Source: the human T2T-CHM13v2.0 reference genome, Homo sapiens
Reading direction: 5' to 3' (one strand)
Length of the DNA: 64,000 bases
NCBI RefSeq assembly: GCF_009914755.1
Contig: NC_060941.1
Positions 1 through 12,132 of this stretch are shown in pieces (the first letter of the stretch is position 1; every line of letters starts with the position of its first letter). Below the pieces are notes generated by a model. It did no database searches. It had not been told where the DNA came from and saw nothing but the letters and a program-made list of their open reading frames with translations. The position numbers were made by a program, and so were the translations under genes.

Positions 1-225
1 GCCTGGAAAACTTTTCCCTTAAATATTCACTCAGGTAACTCCTTCACCTGTAAGTATTCTCTAAAATGTCACTGTAGCCTACCTGGATGATCCTAATTAA
101 CACTGTAATCCCCTTGGCACTCCCAATGCCCATGACCTTGTTCTAATTCACCCCTAGCCCCATAGTTTTTAATCATCTAACAAGTTACATATTACATTTG
201 TTTTCTAATTGGTTCACTTCTCTAC

Positions 226-267
<42 letters not shown>

Positions 268-378
268 CCTCAGTCTGCAGGCTGCATGCAGGAAGGGATT
301 TTCTTCTGCTTATGATGAATCAGAAGCATTTAGAAAAGTGTCTAACCCATGATACATGCTCAAAAATTAGTTGAATAA
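1..378 (+). mobile_element. L2 (L2a-like) LINE 3' end fragment, interrupted by a (CA)n repeat
   Basis: Resembles the L2 3' consensus from gcctggaa... to ...tgctcaaaaattagttgaataa. Old and diverged; recognised by eye. Confidence 0.7.
224..265. repeat. (CA)n microsatellite
   Basis: acacatacata followed by a pure CA run; seen directly. Confidence 0.97.
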
Positions 379-1454
379 GGAAAATTGTGAATGCCTCTTA
401 TTGCTTCTATATGATACCCTTTAATGTTAGAATCTATGTACTGTTGTTACCATTACAAGAATAATTAGTGATCTTGATCTTTAGGATGGAAAAAAAGTCC
501 AGACTAACAGTAGTGATGGAAAGAATTTGACATTTTGTCTACTCTCCTCTCTGCCTTGAGCAGTCTTTGTAACCTTGGAAGTCATTTCACCCTTCGGGAT
601 TGGCATGAAAATCTAAGACGTCTATCTCTAATATTTCACTTTCAATAACTCACTATAGAAGTGGACATGCCAGATGCTGGCTGCATCCTTTATGTGTAAT
701 CTCACTGGGTGATATTAATTGGGATGAATAGGGCAGTAATCTTCTTTTCTTGGGAAAGGAAGAGACTGGGCACCAAAAAACCTGATGAGAAGTGATATCA
801 TCAGCAGAGAGGTGGTAATAAACTGAACTAAGGCAGTGAGATTTGAAAACAAAAACACAATCTTAAAGCTGTTAGGCTTTAAAACTCCAGGGTGTTCCAT
901 TTGCCCTGTGCCGTAAAAATGACAGAGTTGGGTTAAGGGTTCTGTACCCCTTATTAGCCATTAGCATTAACAACAAAGATGAAAGACGTTAAGGGCAATT
1001 TTTGTCACTGAGATCTGAATTTATTTTCCTTCACTGAATCTTAAATTAGTAGTTAACTGATGGCAAGACCTGTACCAAGAAGGTCATGTTTCCAGCCAAC
1101 ATTTCCTAAACCCATTAGATATCAGTATTCTACAGCCCATAAATTTGGAAGCTGGAGTCTGCCAAGACCAAGACTAACAGAGGGGGGGAATATCATACAC
1201 ATTCAATCACACTATCTTAAGTTTATCTTTTAGAAGCAGATGTTAGCCTATCTCTTGCATCCAACAGGATGCAACATAAGAAGAGCTCATGGATCGGAGC
1301 TTTAGTGTAGAAAATCCTTTTAGTTTTTGATCTTTTCCTTTTCCAGAAATACTGTCAGTTCCTGGGAACCATTATCTACTTACTAAGGTTTAAGTGTTAC
1401 TTAGATGTCCTAGGTTACTATTAAGCTAAAATCCAGTTGAAAAGAACAAAGAAA

Positions 1455-1477
1455 GTTTGTTTGTTTGTTTGTTTGTT
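1455..1477. repeat. (GTTT)n tetranucleotide repeat
   Basis: gtttgtttgtttgtttgtttgtt, seen directly. Confidence 0.9.
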
Positions 1478-1674
1478 CCAAACAAAGAAATTGGTTGGAG
1501 TGGTCCTGAAAGACTTTATATATTCCATTTTGGTCCAGGGAGGTTTTTGATTCTACCTTACGCTTCTAAAAGTCTCAGCACAGATAACAGTTTCCCAAAT
1601 AATCTTTTTACTTAGGCTGCCTTTTAAATAGCATGACACTTGTTTGGGGGGAACAATAGAGACCAAGGAAAGGT

Positions 1675-1795
1675 ATTAGCATTTATTTCATACTAATTGT
1701 TTATAGGACACTGTGCTTTCTCATATACTAGGATTTAATTTTCCCAATAGCGTTTTTTGAGAGAAATTATTCCCATTTCACAGATGAAACTATTG
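1675..1795 (-). mobile_element. MIR SINE fragment
   Basis: tagcatttatt...attattcccatttcacagatgaaac matches the reverse MIR core. Confidence 0.6.
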
Positions 1796-2058
1796 CCTAC
1801 AAGCACTGGAACCAGCAGCAACATCATAAGCTGGTCTGGGAACCCCAATTTGAGAACCATATACCTAGACCTTGCTGTCTAGTCTTTGATACTTCTGCTT
1901 GGTATGCCGTCATACCTTTGCTTTATTTATTCATTCAACAAATACTTACTGAATTTCAAGTATATTTCAAGCACTATGCGAGGTTCAGGATGCGTAAGTT
2001 ATCCAGATTGCCATTCCTTGTTTTTATAGAGCATTTGGTCTATTGGGAAATAAATATT

Positions 2059-2144
2059 AAACGTGATTGTGTTTAATCACGTTTAATCATGTAAACATGA
2101 TTGTGTTTAATCATGTTTAATCATGTAAACATGCTTGTGTTTAA
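2059..2144. repeat. 34-bp tandem repeat (about 2.5 copies) with internal inverted repeat
   Basis: Units at 2059-2092, 2093-2126 and a partial unit at 2127-2144; seen directly. Confidence 0.93.
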
Positions 2145-2533
2145 CATATACAATTTTATAATTGTAATAAGTGCTATGAAGAAAATGTCCAAGGTACAAT
2201 GAGATTAAATGAGGAAAAAAGTTTAATCTGGTTCTTAAAGGTTAAGAAGAGGGATGTGAAGTGGGATAATAGGAAAACAAGGGACCTAGCAGGAAAATTA
2301 CCCATGGAAAGAGCACATGTGAAGAACAGAGAAGGCCAGGGTGGCTGGAAATTATTACCGGACAGAGTTTGGGAGATAAGGCTACAGAGGTAAGAAGAAG
2401 ACAAATCATGGAGAGTGTAGTGCATCATGGAAATAATTTTTGACATTATCATTAAATCATTGTAGAGCTTCAGGGGGAGTTTAAGAGGGACATGACAATC
2501 AATTTGCACTATTTAAGAAGCTGGAGAGAAATC

Positions 2534-2573
2534 TGTGTGTGCATATGTGTATGTGTGTGTGTGAGTGTGTGTA
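2534..2573. repeat. Imperfect (TG)n microsatellite
   Basis: tgtgtgtgcatatgtgtatgtgtgtgtgtgagtgtgtgta. Confidence 0.85.
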
Positions 2574-2656
2574 TTTCCAGGCCTTGTTAGCTGGATAAAT
2601 GATAATAGAAGATGTCATTAATGAATCCAAATTGGAACAACTGGAAGAACAGGGTG

Positions 2657-3057
2657 TGTATTAGTTCTTATATTACTTTAAAGAAATACCTGAGGCTGGG
2701 TAGTTTATGAAGAAAAGAGGTTTAATTGGCTTACAGTTTTGCAAGCTGTGCTCAAGTGCTGGCAACTGCTTCTGGTGAGGGCTTCAGGAAGCTTACCATC
2801 ATGGTAGGAGGTGAAGCGGGAGCCAGTGCCTCACATGATGAGAGCAGGAGCAAGTGGAGGAGGGGGGTCAAGGGGAGCTACACACTTTTAAACAACCACA
2901 TCTCCTGTGAACTCACTCATTGCCGTGGGGATTGGCTAAGCCATTCATGAAGGATCCACTCTGATGATCCAGATACCTCCCAGCAGGCCCCACCTTCAAC
3001 ACTAGAGGTTACATTTCATCATGAGATTTGGAGGGGACAAATATTCACACCATATCA
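2657..3057 (-). mobile_element. MSTB-type ERVL-MaLR solo LTR
   Basis: TG...CA termini (tgtattagtt...catatca), perfect 5-bp TSD GGGTG at 2652-2656 and 3058-3062, MSTB-like internal sequence. Confidence 0.9.
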
Positions 3058-5339
3058 GGGTGTTATCTACTGAGATGGGGAATTCAAGGCAAAAGCAGAT
3101 TAGGAAGAGATCTGGGGGAGGAAAGCGTTCAGAGTTCAGTTCTGAGCATGTTGAACTGAAGCAGGTGGTAGGTGCACTGGCACTTGACTGTCTGATCCTG
3201 AAGTTCCAAAAAAGTGCCTGGACTGGAGATAGGAACTTGAAATCCTATCAGTAGGATTGTTAGGAGTACAATGATGAAGAATAAGGTTTTGAAGTCAAGT
3301 AGCCTGGGACTTGACTAGCGACAACAGGGTCTACAATTTACTGTGCAACCTTAGGCAAATCTTACCCTACTGAGCCAGTTCCTGTTTTTTATGTAATATG
3401 CTTATTGTTTGTATAGGGTTTTTGTGATAAGTTACTGATAAGCTAAGATGTGCAAATAACTTGATAAATTTTATTAGTTTTGTAAATAGTAATATTATTT
3501 ATAGAGATATTATTTAAATGTAAAAGACTGATAAACTTGCCTAAGGAAAGTACAGAGCAAGAAGGTGGGCAAGCCCCAATTTCTAAGGAGTTAGTAGAAG
3601 AGGGCGAGTCAGAAAAGTTAGCTGAGAGATAAATGCCAGAGAAATAGAAGAAAGGAGAGAGAGGTGTCATGGAAACTAAGAGAAGAGAAAGTTCTAGAAG
3701 GAGGAAGGAGTCCATTGAAAGCACAAATGAAGATTAAACTGTCTCTTATTTAGCCACATAGAGTGAAATGCTGACCTTTCCTGAGGCAATTTCAATAGAA
3801 TGGTAGGGTGCGAGATTGAATGGAGGAGGAAGAGAAGATGGTATGTATCTACAACTGTTTAGAACAGCTCAAGATGCAAGATGCAGTGAGAGTTCATTCA
3901 GATGGGAGAACCTGGAACATGTTTGATTTTTGAAGGCAGTGATCTGGGAGAAGAGAGTAAGAGAGAGAGAAGAAAATTGAAAATGCATGTGGGTGAGGAA
4001 ATGAGGTCAGTGAGGAGGCAAAATGGATGGAGTTGGTCTTAGAATGCAGGAGAGGAATGTCCTGCACTCTAATTGGAGAGAGAAGACAATGAGTGCAGAG
4101 GCGGGGGCGGGGGTTGTAGTTGTGGTGATGGAAATTGGTCTTCGTTTGGTATGGGCGGAAGTCAAAGGTGAAAAGGAGTGGCAAAGGAGGTATGACAACA
4201 GTCACTACAGAAGGCAGAACACACCAGGAGATGCATTCTGATTCTGGGTAGATTCACTTCAAATCTTTGCTTATCCATCTGCTCTGTTGTGAGTCTTTTT
4301 CCTAGCAGGACTTAGTTGTGCAGGGCTGCCCTCGGGAGGCTTTTGTTAGACTCTCCCAGGTTTGGGATTTTCTTGGTTGAGTGTAATGCAAGAACAAAAG
4401 CACAGGGAAATGCTTGGAATTTGCAAGATTTGGTGAAACAATGGTTCCTCCACTTCTGAGCTGTGGCCAGGTAGGAAAGGTTGGAGAAATGTTCTGTGAA
4501 GAGACAGAATTTATTTATTATGGGACAAAGTTGCAGAAGGCACAGTGGAAATATTTGGAAGAAAATGAAGCCATGGAAGTCTAAGACAGAAACAGCCCAA
4601 GACAGCACAGGAAGAAAGGAGATGGTGATGTGGCCATGCCTTGCTCAGAATGTGACCTGTGTGAGGTTAATCCCCTTCAGAATTCCTATAGGTGGATTTG
4701 GCTATAACTGTGTGTTTGTTTGTTAATGCGTGTTGCGATCCAGGCAATTCAGAAGCCACGAGTGAAATGAGAGGCTAAATTTATAGGTAAAGAGATAGGT
4801 GCAGAAAAGAAGCATGTGCTCATTTTCCCAGACCAAAATATTTGCTACATGGAATGAGAAAGAAAACACATAATTTTCTATGAGAACAGGACTTTGTTCC
4901 TGGCATATGCATCACTCTTTCTCTCAGAGTGCATTGCCTGGCCAGCAGGTGCCCAATGAGCTATTGCGAGTAGGAAAAATAGAACCCCCCCATTGTCACC
5001 ATAGCTCCTAATTGCTGTGCATTCTGATTCTGGGTAGATTCACTTTAAATCCTTGCTTATCCTTCTACTATTGCTGCTGCCTCCGATCTACCCTCCAGAT
5101 TGTGCAGCCATGGGGCTAGATGGGGTTGAATCTGGAGGATTGTTGGGAGAGGAGCGGTCTTCACTACAAACCACTCTTGAATACCCTTCCCCTCCTCTCC
5201 TCTCATCTACCTGGCCAAATCCGAACAATCAGTTAAGGCCCCTCCTAGTTCTTATCCCTTTGAAGGAGGGTTTCTGTGACAACCTCTACTTTTAGTGTTC
5301 CATTTCATAGAGGGTCTGTATTTTATTTAAACTATTTCT

Positions 5340-5830
5340 TATTTATGCAAATATAGATTTCCTCTCTTTTTTCCTATTAGTGTTGCTTGTAGTAAACATT
5401 CTTGTACATACATTTGTAGGACCGTACAAAGTTCTGTCAATAAGAAAAACCCCAATAGAAAGTTGCTAAGTCAAAGGATATATGGATATTTCATTTGATA
5501 CCTAGTCAAATTGCTGTCCAAAAATTTCTATCCGATTATAAGAATATGTTTTCTTGCATCCTTGATAACACTGGATATTAATTAGTAAGCTTATGAATTT
5601 GTGCCACGCTGATAGGAGAAATATGGTAGCAGCTTGTTGTTTAATATTTTATTTGTTCAATTGAATGGGAAACTTTTCTTTGGCCACTTTTGTTGTTGTT
5701 GGCTGCTGTTTTTTTAATATATTGCTCATTTTTCCATAGGGTAACTACTCCTTATTTTATTGAGTTACACCAGTATTTTATGCATTAAGGAAATTAGTCT
5801 TCTGTCATGTATGTTTTTCCAGTTTGCTAC
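5340..5830 (-). mobile_element. Old L1M (L1ME-like) ORF2 3' fragment
   Basis: Degenerate antisense L1 phrases such as gtaaacattcttgtaca and gttgctaagtcaaagg. Confidence 0.55.
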
Positions 5831-7200
5831 TCTTCTTGCATCAATCAACCTGCAGGACGGTATGATCCCATTTGTATGTGTTCCTTTTTCAAAGGTGGTT
5901 GTGTGCTTACAAGTGCTTAGAAATTTTCATGAAGCATACATAAGAAACTTAACATTAGTTATCAAAATGTAGGCAGAGAGGGTGATTAACTTTTCACTCT
6001 ACACCAGTCAGTACTATCATTTATACATACTCAAACTGTATTGTTTTTGTAATTATAAAGGCCATGTCTCATTCTCTCTCTCTCTGGATATTTTAAAAGA
6101 ATGAACCAGAACCACACAATTTGGAAACAGAGATATACAGTGGCCTTCTCTGCTTCTTCACCACCTCTCTTCTTGTTGCTTTAAGCTCCCAAGTTGCTCG
6201 TTGGGAGCTCTTTTGAGATGGGAGAACCATAGTAAAATTCTTCTGTGGGCCACGCTAATGTTAATGGGTAACATTTGGGGCAAAGGTCTCCTCCGTCTCC
6301 ACATCTGCAGCTTTGTACAGGCCTCACCTCTGAAATGCCTGAAAGTGTGAAGCCAGGCAAGGCCTAATGTGTATTAGCAAGACAAAGAGCCCACGAAGGG
6401 AGGAGCGGGGGATGAGCTTTAATTTACTGAAGATTTATTAGACCTCATGAAATCTGCCCGAACCACCCATTTTCTATCTCATCTGCCCACGTCTAAATAG
6501 GATGGCTTTGTTAGTATGCGATGGTCATTTAGAATTATCTAGCAACAAATCTTGCTGCTTAAAAAGGCAGACCGATGGGAGCAGAACGTTTGAGAGAGTT
6601 CATGCTCTGAACACAGAACCCCAAATCTGGAAATATGGAAATGTGGGAATGTGTTGGCCCCGCTTTCTGGGCCTTCCCCTTGACTTTTGTTTTTGGTCTG
6701 AGTCCTTCAGCTTCAGCGTGGCTTGTTTACTTGAGCATATGAAGAAAGCTTGAGAGGAGAAAAGGCAAAGGTGCTTTCACAGAGCAGCCTGGATATTTTA
6801 AACCAGGGTGATTTTCAGAGAAATACGTTGAAGTTCTGCTTTTTGGATAAATGCTGCTCAAACCTGAAGACTCAATGGAGCATATCCAATAATACTTTAA
6901 AGCTCAGCTCACGAGCAGGAGATCTCTCTGGGGCTATACAAATGTCAAAATACTGTCTCCTTAATTTGAAGGAAAGGTGAAAATTATTGGGACTTGGTTT
7001 TCCGTTTAGCCTTAGGCTTGCAGCTCATTCATAGGGTGTTAGAAAATTCACCTGGATTGTATTACCAGAAACTTCCCCTCGGGTTGCCTAACTTTGCAGG
7101 TCTCACAAGTCTCTATTTGCTCATCTATGGAATGGGTCGATATGGAAAGCTTCATGAAAAAGTAAGACACCTGAAAGAAATGTGAGGGCTTACTAATTTC

Positions 7201-9570
7201 TTTTATTATTATTATTATTATACTTTAAGTTCTAGGATACAGGTGCAGAACATGCAGGTTTGTCACATAGGTATACACGTGCCATGGTAGTTTGCTGCAC
7301 CCATCAACGTCATCAACATTAGGTACTTCTCCTAATGCTATCCCTCCCCTAGTCCCCCACCCCCTGACTGGCCCTGGTGTGTGATGTTCCCCTTCCTGTG
7401 CCCATGTGTTCTCATTGTTCAACTCCCACTTACGAGTGAGAACGTGTGGTGTTTGGTTTTCTTCTTCCTGTGTTAGTTTGCTGAGAATGATGGTTTACAG
7501 CTTCATCCATGTCCCTGCAAAGGACATGAACTTGTCCTTTTTTATGGCTGCATAGTATTCCATGGTGTATATGTGCCACATTTTCTTAATCCAGTCTATC
7601 ATTGATGGGCATTTGGGTTGGTTCCAAGTCTTTGCTGTTGTGAATAGTGCTGCAAGAAACATAGCTGTGCATGTGTCTTTATAGTAGAATGACTCATAAT
7701 CCTTTGGGTTTATACCCAGTAATGGGATTGCTGGGCCAAATGGTATTTCTGGTTCTAGATCCTTGAGGAATCGCCACACTGTTTTTCACAATGGTTGAAC
7801 TAACTTACACTCCCACCAACAGTGTAAAAGCGTTCCTGTTTTTCCACATCCTTTCCAGCATCTGTTGTTTGCTGACTTTTTAATGATCATTGTTCTAACT
7901 GGCATGAGATGGTATCTCATTGTGGTTTTGATTTGCATTTCTCTAATGACCAGTGATAAGCTTTTTTTCATATGTTTGTTGGCCACATAAATGTCTTCTT
8001 TTGAGAAGTGTCTGTTCATATCCTTCACCCACTTTTTGATGGGGTTGTTTTTTTTCTTGTAAATTTGTTCAACTTCCTTGTAGATTCTGGATATTAGACC
8101 TTTATCAAATGGATAGATTGCAAACATTTTTTCCCATTCTGTAGGTTGCCTGTTCACTCTGATAATAGTTTCTTTTGCTGTGCAGAAGCTCTTTAGTTTA
8201 ATTAGATCCCATTTGTTGATTTTGGCTTTTGTTGCCATTGCTTTTTGTGTTTTCGTCATGAAGCCTTGTCCATGCCTATGTCCTGAATGGTATTGCCTAG
8301 GTTTTCTTCTAGGATTTTTATAGTTTTAGGTCTTATCGAATCCAGCAGCACATCAAAAACTTATCCATCATGATCAAGTTGGCTTCATCCCTGGGATGCA
8401 AGGCTGGTTCAACATATGCAAATCAATAAACATAATCCATCACATAAACTTAACCAGTGACAAAACTCACATGATTTTCTCAATAGATGCAGAAAAGGCA
8501 TTTGATAAAATTCAATACCCCTTCACGCTAAAAACTCCCGATAAACTAGGTATTGATGGAACATGTCTCAAGAATAAGAGCTATTTATAACAAACCCACA
8601 GCCAGTATCATACTGAATGGGCAAAAGCTGGAAGCATTCCCTTTCAAAACTGGCACAAAACAAGGATGCCCTCTCTCCACTCCTATTCAACACAGTATTG
8701 GAAGTTCTGGCCAGGGCAATCAGGCAAGAGAAAGAAAGGGTATTCAAATAGGAAGAGAGGAAGTCAAATTGTCCCTGTTTGTAGATGACATGATTGTATA
8801 TTTAGAAAACCTCATCGTCTCAGCCCAAAATCTCCTTAGGCTGATGAGCAACTTCAGCGAAGTCTCAAGATTCAAAATCAATATGCAAAAATCACAAGCA
8901 CTCCTATACACCAGTAATAGACAAACAGAGAGCCAAATCATGAGTGAACTCCCATTCACAATTGCTTCTAAGAGAATAAATACCTAGGAATCCAACTTAC
9001 AAGGGATGTGAAGGACCTTTTCAAGGAGAACTACAAACCACTGCTCAAAGAAATAAGAGAAGACACAAACAAATGGAAAAACATTCCATGCTCATGGGTA
9101 GGAAGAATCAATATGAAAATGGCCATACTGCCCAAAGTAATCTACAGATTCAATGTTATCCCCATCAAGCTACCATTGACTTTCTGCATGGAATTAGAAA
9201 AAATTACTTTAAATTTCATATGGAACCAAAAAAGAGCATGAATAGCCAAGACAATCCTAAGCAAAAAGAACAAAACTGGAGGCATCAGGCCACCTGACTT
9301 CAAACTATATTACAAGGCTACAGTAACCAAAACAGCACGGTACTGGTACCAAAACAGATATATAGACCAACGGAACAGAACAGAGGCCTCAGAAATAATG
9401 CCACACATCTACAACTGTCTGATCTTTGACAAACCTGACAAAAACAAGCAATGGGGAAACGATTCCCTATTTAATAAATGGTGTTGGGAAAACTGGCTAG
9501 CCATATGCAGAAAACTGAAACTGGACCCCTTCCTTACACCTTATACAAAAATTAACTCAAGATGAATTAA
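7201..9570 (-). mobile_element. L1PA7-type LINE-1, 5'-truncated with 5' inversion: 3' part on - strand (7201-8336), inverted ORF2 part on + strand (8337-9570)
   Basis: T-rich tail at 7201 and L1PA7-like 3'UTR. Minus ORFs carry the ORF2 C-terminus (RCWKGC...LLHCWWECK); plus ORFs carry RT motifs ([12 protein letters not shown]). Degenerate TSD agggctta(c/a)ta(a/g)ttt at 7185-7199 and 9570-9584. Frameshifted and inactive. Confidence 0.95.
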
Positions 9571-11489
9571 GGGCTTAATAGTTTTCCCTGAGGAGGATGA
9601 TCTCACTCCACTTAACTGAACGTTGGAATTTAAAGGAAGTTAAGGGAGGGCTTTGTCCACCTTAATAAAATTCTCTTCTGTGGCCATTGCTGCTGTAATG
9701 TGAAAAGAACACATTCCTATATTTAACAAGGAGAGGGATGAATCATTCCTTCTGCTGGTCTTAAAAGTAGTAAGTAGGACTAATGAAATATAGTCAGACA
9801 AGAGGGTGGACATAGTAGGAATATCCACAGTTGGGCCCTTAAAATGAACACTAGGTCAGTGGCTGAAAAGGAACATATGCAGACATGATAATATGCCAAG
9901 GGCACTGCATTCTTGACCTTTGATAAGGAATTTGGAGAAAGCAGGAAGACGGCAAAGACTCTGCTTTAAGCCATGCTTGGAAATTCTGGTGACTTTTTAG
10001 GGCCAAAAGTGAATAGCTTTAAAGCAACATTCAAGCTATTTGTTTTCCCCTCAATGTAATAATCTGTTTGACTGTCGGTTATAGATGTACATCAGTCTTC
10101 ATCTGTCATTGCCAAAATCTCCTTGTACACAATGGGACAGTTCTCAATTAATGCAAATTAAACCACAGTTGTCTTGTCTGTAATTGTCTAAACTAGCAAT
10201 ATGCCTTTCTTTGTTGAAAAGAGCCATCCAAAACTCCTTGCTCTGTCTACCCCGAGGGCCCCGTGCATGTTCCATGCTTTATCTCTTTCTTGTGGCTTTT
10301 ATCCACACAACATTAAAGGGACTCTCTTTCCTTTATGCAGGCAAATAAAAAGTAGAGAACAAAGATGAAAAGAATTCATTCTGCTGATGATGTACTTCAG
10401 AATCCAGCAGCCTGGTTTTCAGACATTGGCCAAGTTAAAAGTTGCACTGGGTTCCTTTACATCAGAAGTTCAGATGAAAAAATGAAATCAAGCATGTGCC
10501 CGTAAGAACTTGTAGTACATTAAAATGAAGTTATGTCATTGGCAGCTCTTGAAAAGGGATTTCCAAGGCCTGCCTTTTAGCCTTGGTTAATGGGGAAGAA
10601 GAGCTCAAGAGCCACAGGTTTGCCATTTGCCCTCTCAATCTGTTTCCATTTAAAGAATATTTTCTCTGAAGCTTAAAGCAGGTAATAGAGCCTGAACTGC
10701 ATCATTACCTCTAAAAGATCAACTTCCCCGCAAGCTAAGCATTTCTCACTAGGCATGTTCCATGGGAAACTTTTCAGGGGCTTGAGCCATTTTTCCCAAG
10801 CAGATAATCATCAGACAAGTCATAGTTAAAATCCACTTAGCTCTCCAAATGAGAAACATCAGAAGGGAGAGGAGCTAAATTCTTTCCAAAACATGCCCAA
10901 TTTCAGAAGAGAACTACCTGGAAGAGAGATCATGGGTCTGTTTCAAGGTTGTTTCGGGCAACTAGCTTTGTGTCAGAGGGGCCCTTTGGAGCATAATCAT
11001 TGTGTACTCTCACACTGTAAACAGAACTGGAGCTGCTCCTTTGTTACCAAGTAAGTTGACACACCTGGATTCAGATGACATATCTACCCTAGCCTCATTT
11101 TTGTCTTACACACAATTTGATTGAAACTATCTTCCTCATTATTATCCCCATAACCACAGGCCCTACGTTCCCTTAAAGTGATTGTTAGACAATGCAGATC
11201 ACTCTAGCCTTTGTTCTAATGCACATACTCTTCTGCTCTACTCCTGGTCACCTCTCCTGCCCATTCAACCTGTAGTTCATTCCAGAGCCAATCTGCTCCA
11301 TGTCCTCCCTTCATACATTCCATGTGGTCTCAAGCTACAAATTAAACTCAACTATCCTTGGTTGTGAACCCCTACTCAGGCACTTACTAACCCTGGAAAG
11401 CAATGATGCATTGAGACTACTACTGCCTCAGGCTCCTCCTCCAGAATCCCAGGTGACAGAGACACAGCCACCTGCTCTGAAGCCCACTG

Positions 11490-11610
11490 CAGTGGGTAGA
11501 GCATGGATTTAGGTGCCAGAGAATTCTGGGTTTAAATCCTATGTCTGTCACTTACCAGTTTCTGTGCTTTATTTTTTCCATGTGTTACACAAAATGGATA
11601 GGAATAAAAA
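11490..11610 (+). mobile_element. MIR SINE fragment
   Basis: cagtgggtagagcatggattt...ctgggtttaaatcct...tcacttaccag matches the MIR 5' part. Confidence 0.65.
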
Positions 11611-11634
11611 GAAATAAAAGAGGATCTGACGTAT

Positions 11635-12132
11635 TTTGGTAGCCATCTCCCAAGATGGCCCTCAATAATCACCTCCTGGTGTTCACGTTTTTGTGAGGTG
11701 TCCTTCTACACTCAATCACAGCTAGTCTTGTGAGGCCAAGACTAGCCTTCTCTTATCAGAGTAGATTATGAAAGGCATTGCAGTTTCTGCCTTCTCGTCT
11801 TGGATACAGGCCATGTCATGAAAACACTCAAGCAGCCCTATGAAAACATTCAAATGGGGAGGACCCTGAAGCCTCCCACCAAAATCCTTTACCAAAGTGT
11901 CAGCTTTGTAAGTGAGTTGCCTTGGAAAAGAGTCCTCCAGCCCCAGTTAAGCCTTTGGATGACTGTAACCCTAGCTGACATCAAACTGCAATAACAAAAG
12001 AGATCCCAAGCCAGAACTACCCAGCCAAGCTGCTCCTGAACTCATGATTGCATGTTACAATAAATGTTTCTCATTGTTTTAAGCCACTAAGTTTTGGGAT
12101 CATTTATTATAGAGCAATAAATAACTAATACA
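11635..12132 (+). mobile_element. MLT1F-like ERVL-MaLR solo LTR
   Basis: Starts tggtagccatctcccaagatggccc and ends ttttaagccactaagttttggg...ataactaataca, typical of MLT1. Confidence 0.8.

Larger units (their letters stand above)
1925..3990 (-). mobile_element. Fragmented L2 LINE, interrupted by an MSTB LTR and a MIR-like piece near 3260-3470
   Basis: Starts with the reverse L2 tail attcattcaacaaatacttactga. Purine-rich L2-like segments continue on both sides of the LTR. Confidence 0.6.

Noticed and set aside
1255-1274. 8-bp hairpin ttgcatcc-aaca-ggatgcaa, plus short tandem duplications near 30323, 46323 and 47751
   Set aside because: Expected by chance or by routine slippage at this window size.
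2056-2092. Resemblance of the 34-bp unit with 13-bp arms to a loxP/FRT-type site
   Set aside because: No sequence similarity, a 6-nt rather than 8-nt spacer, and no recombinase; coincidental geometry.
7225-9297. ORFs with RT and cysteine-rich motifs as real CDS
   Set aside because: Frameshifted L1 ORF2 fragments, reported as a mobile element.
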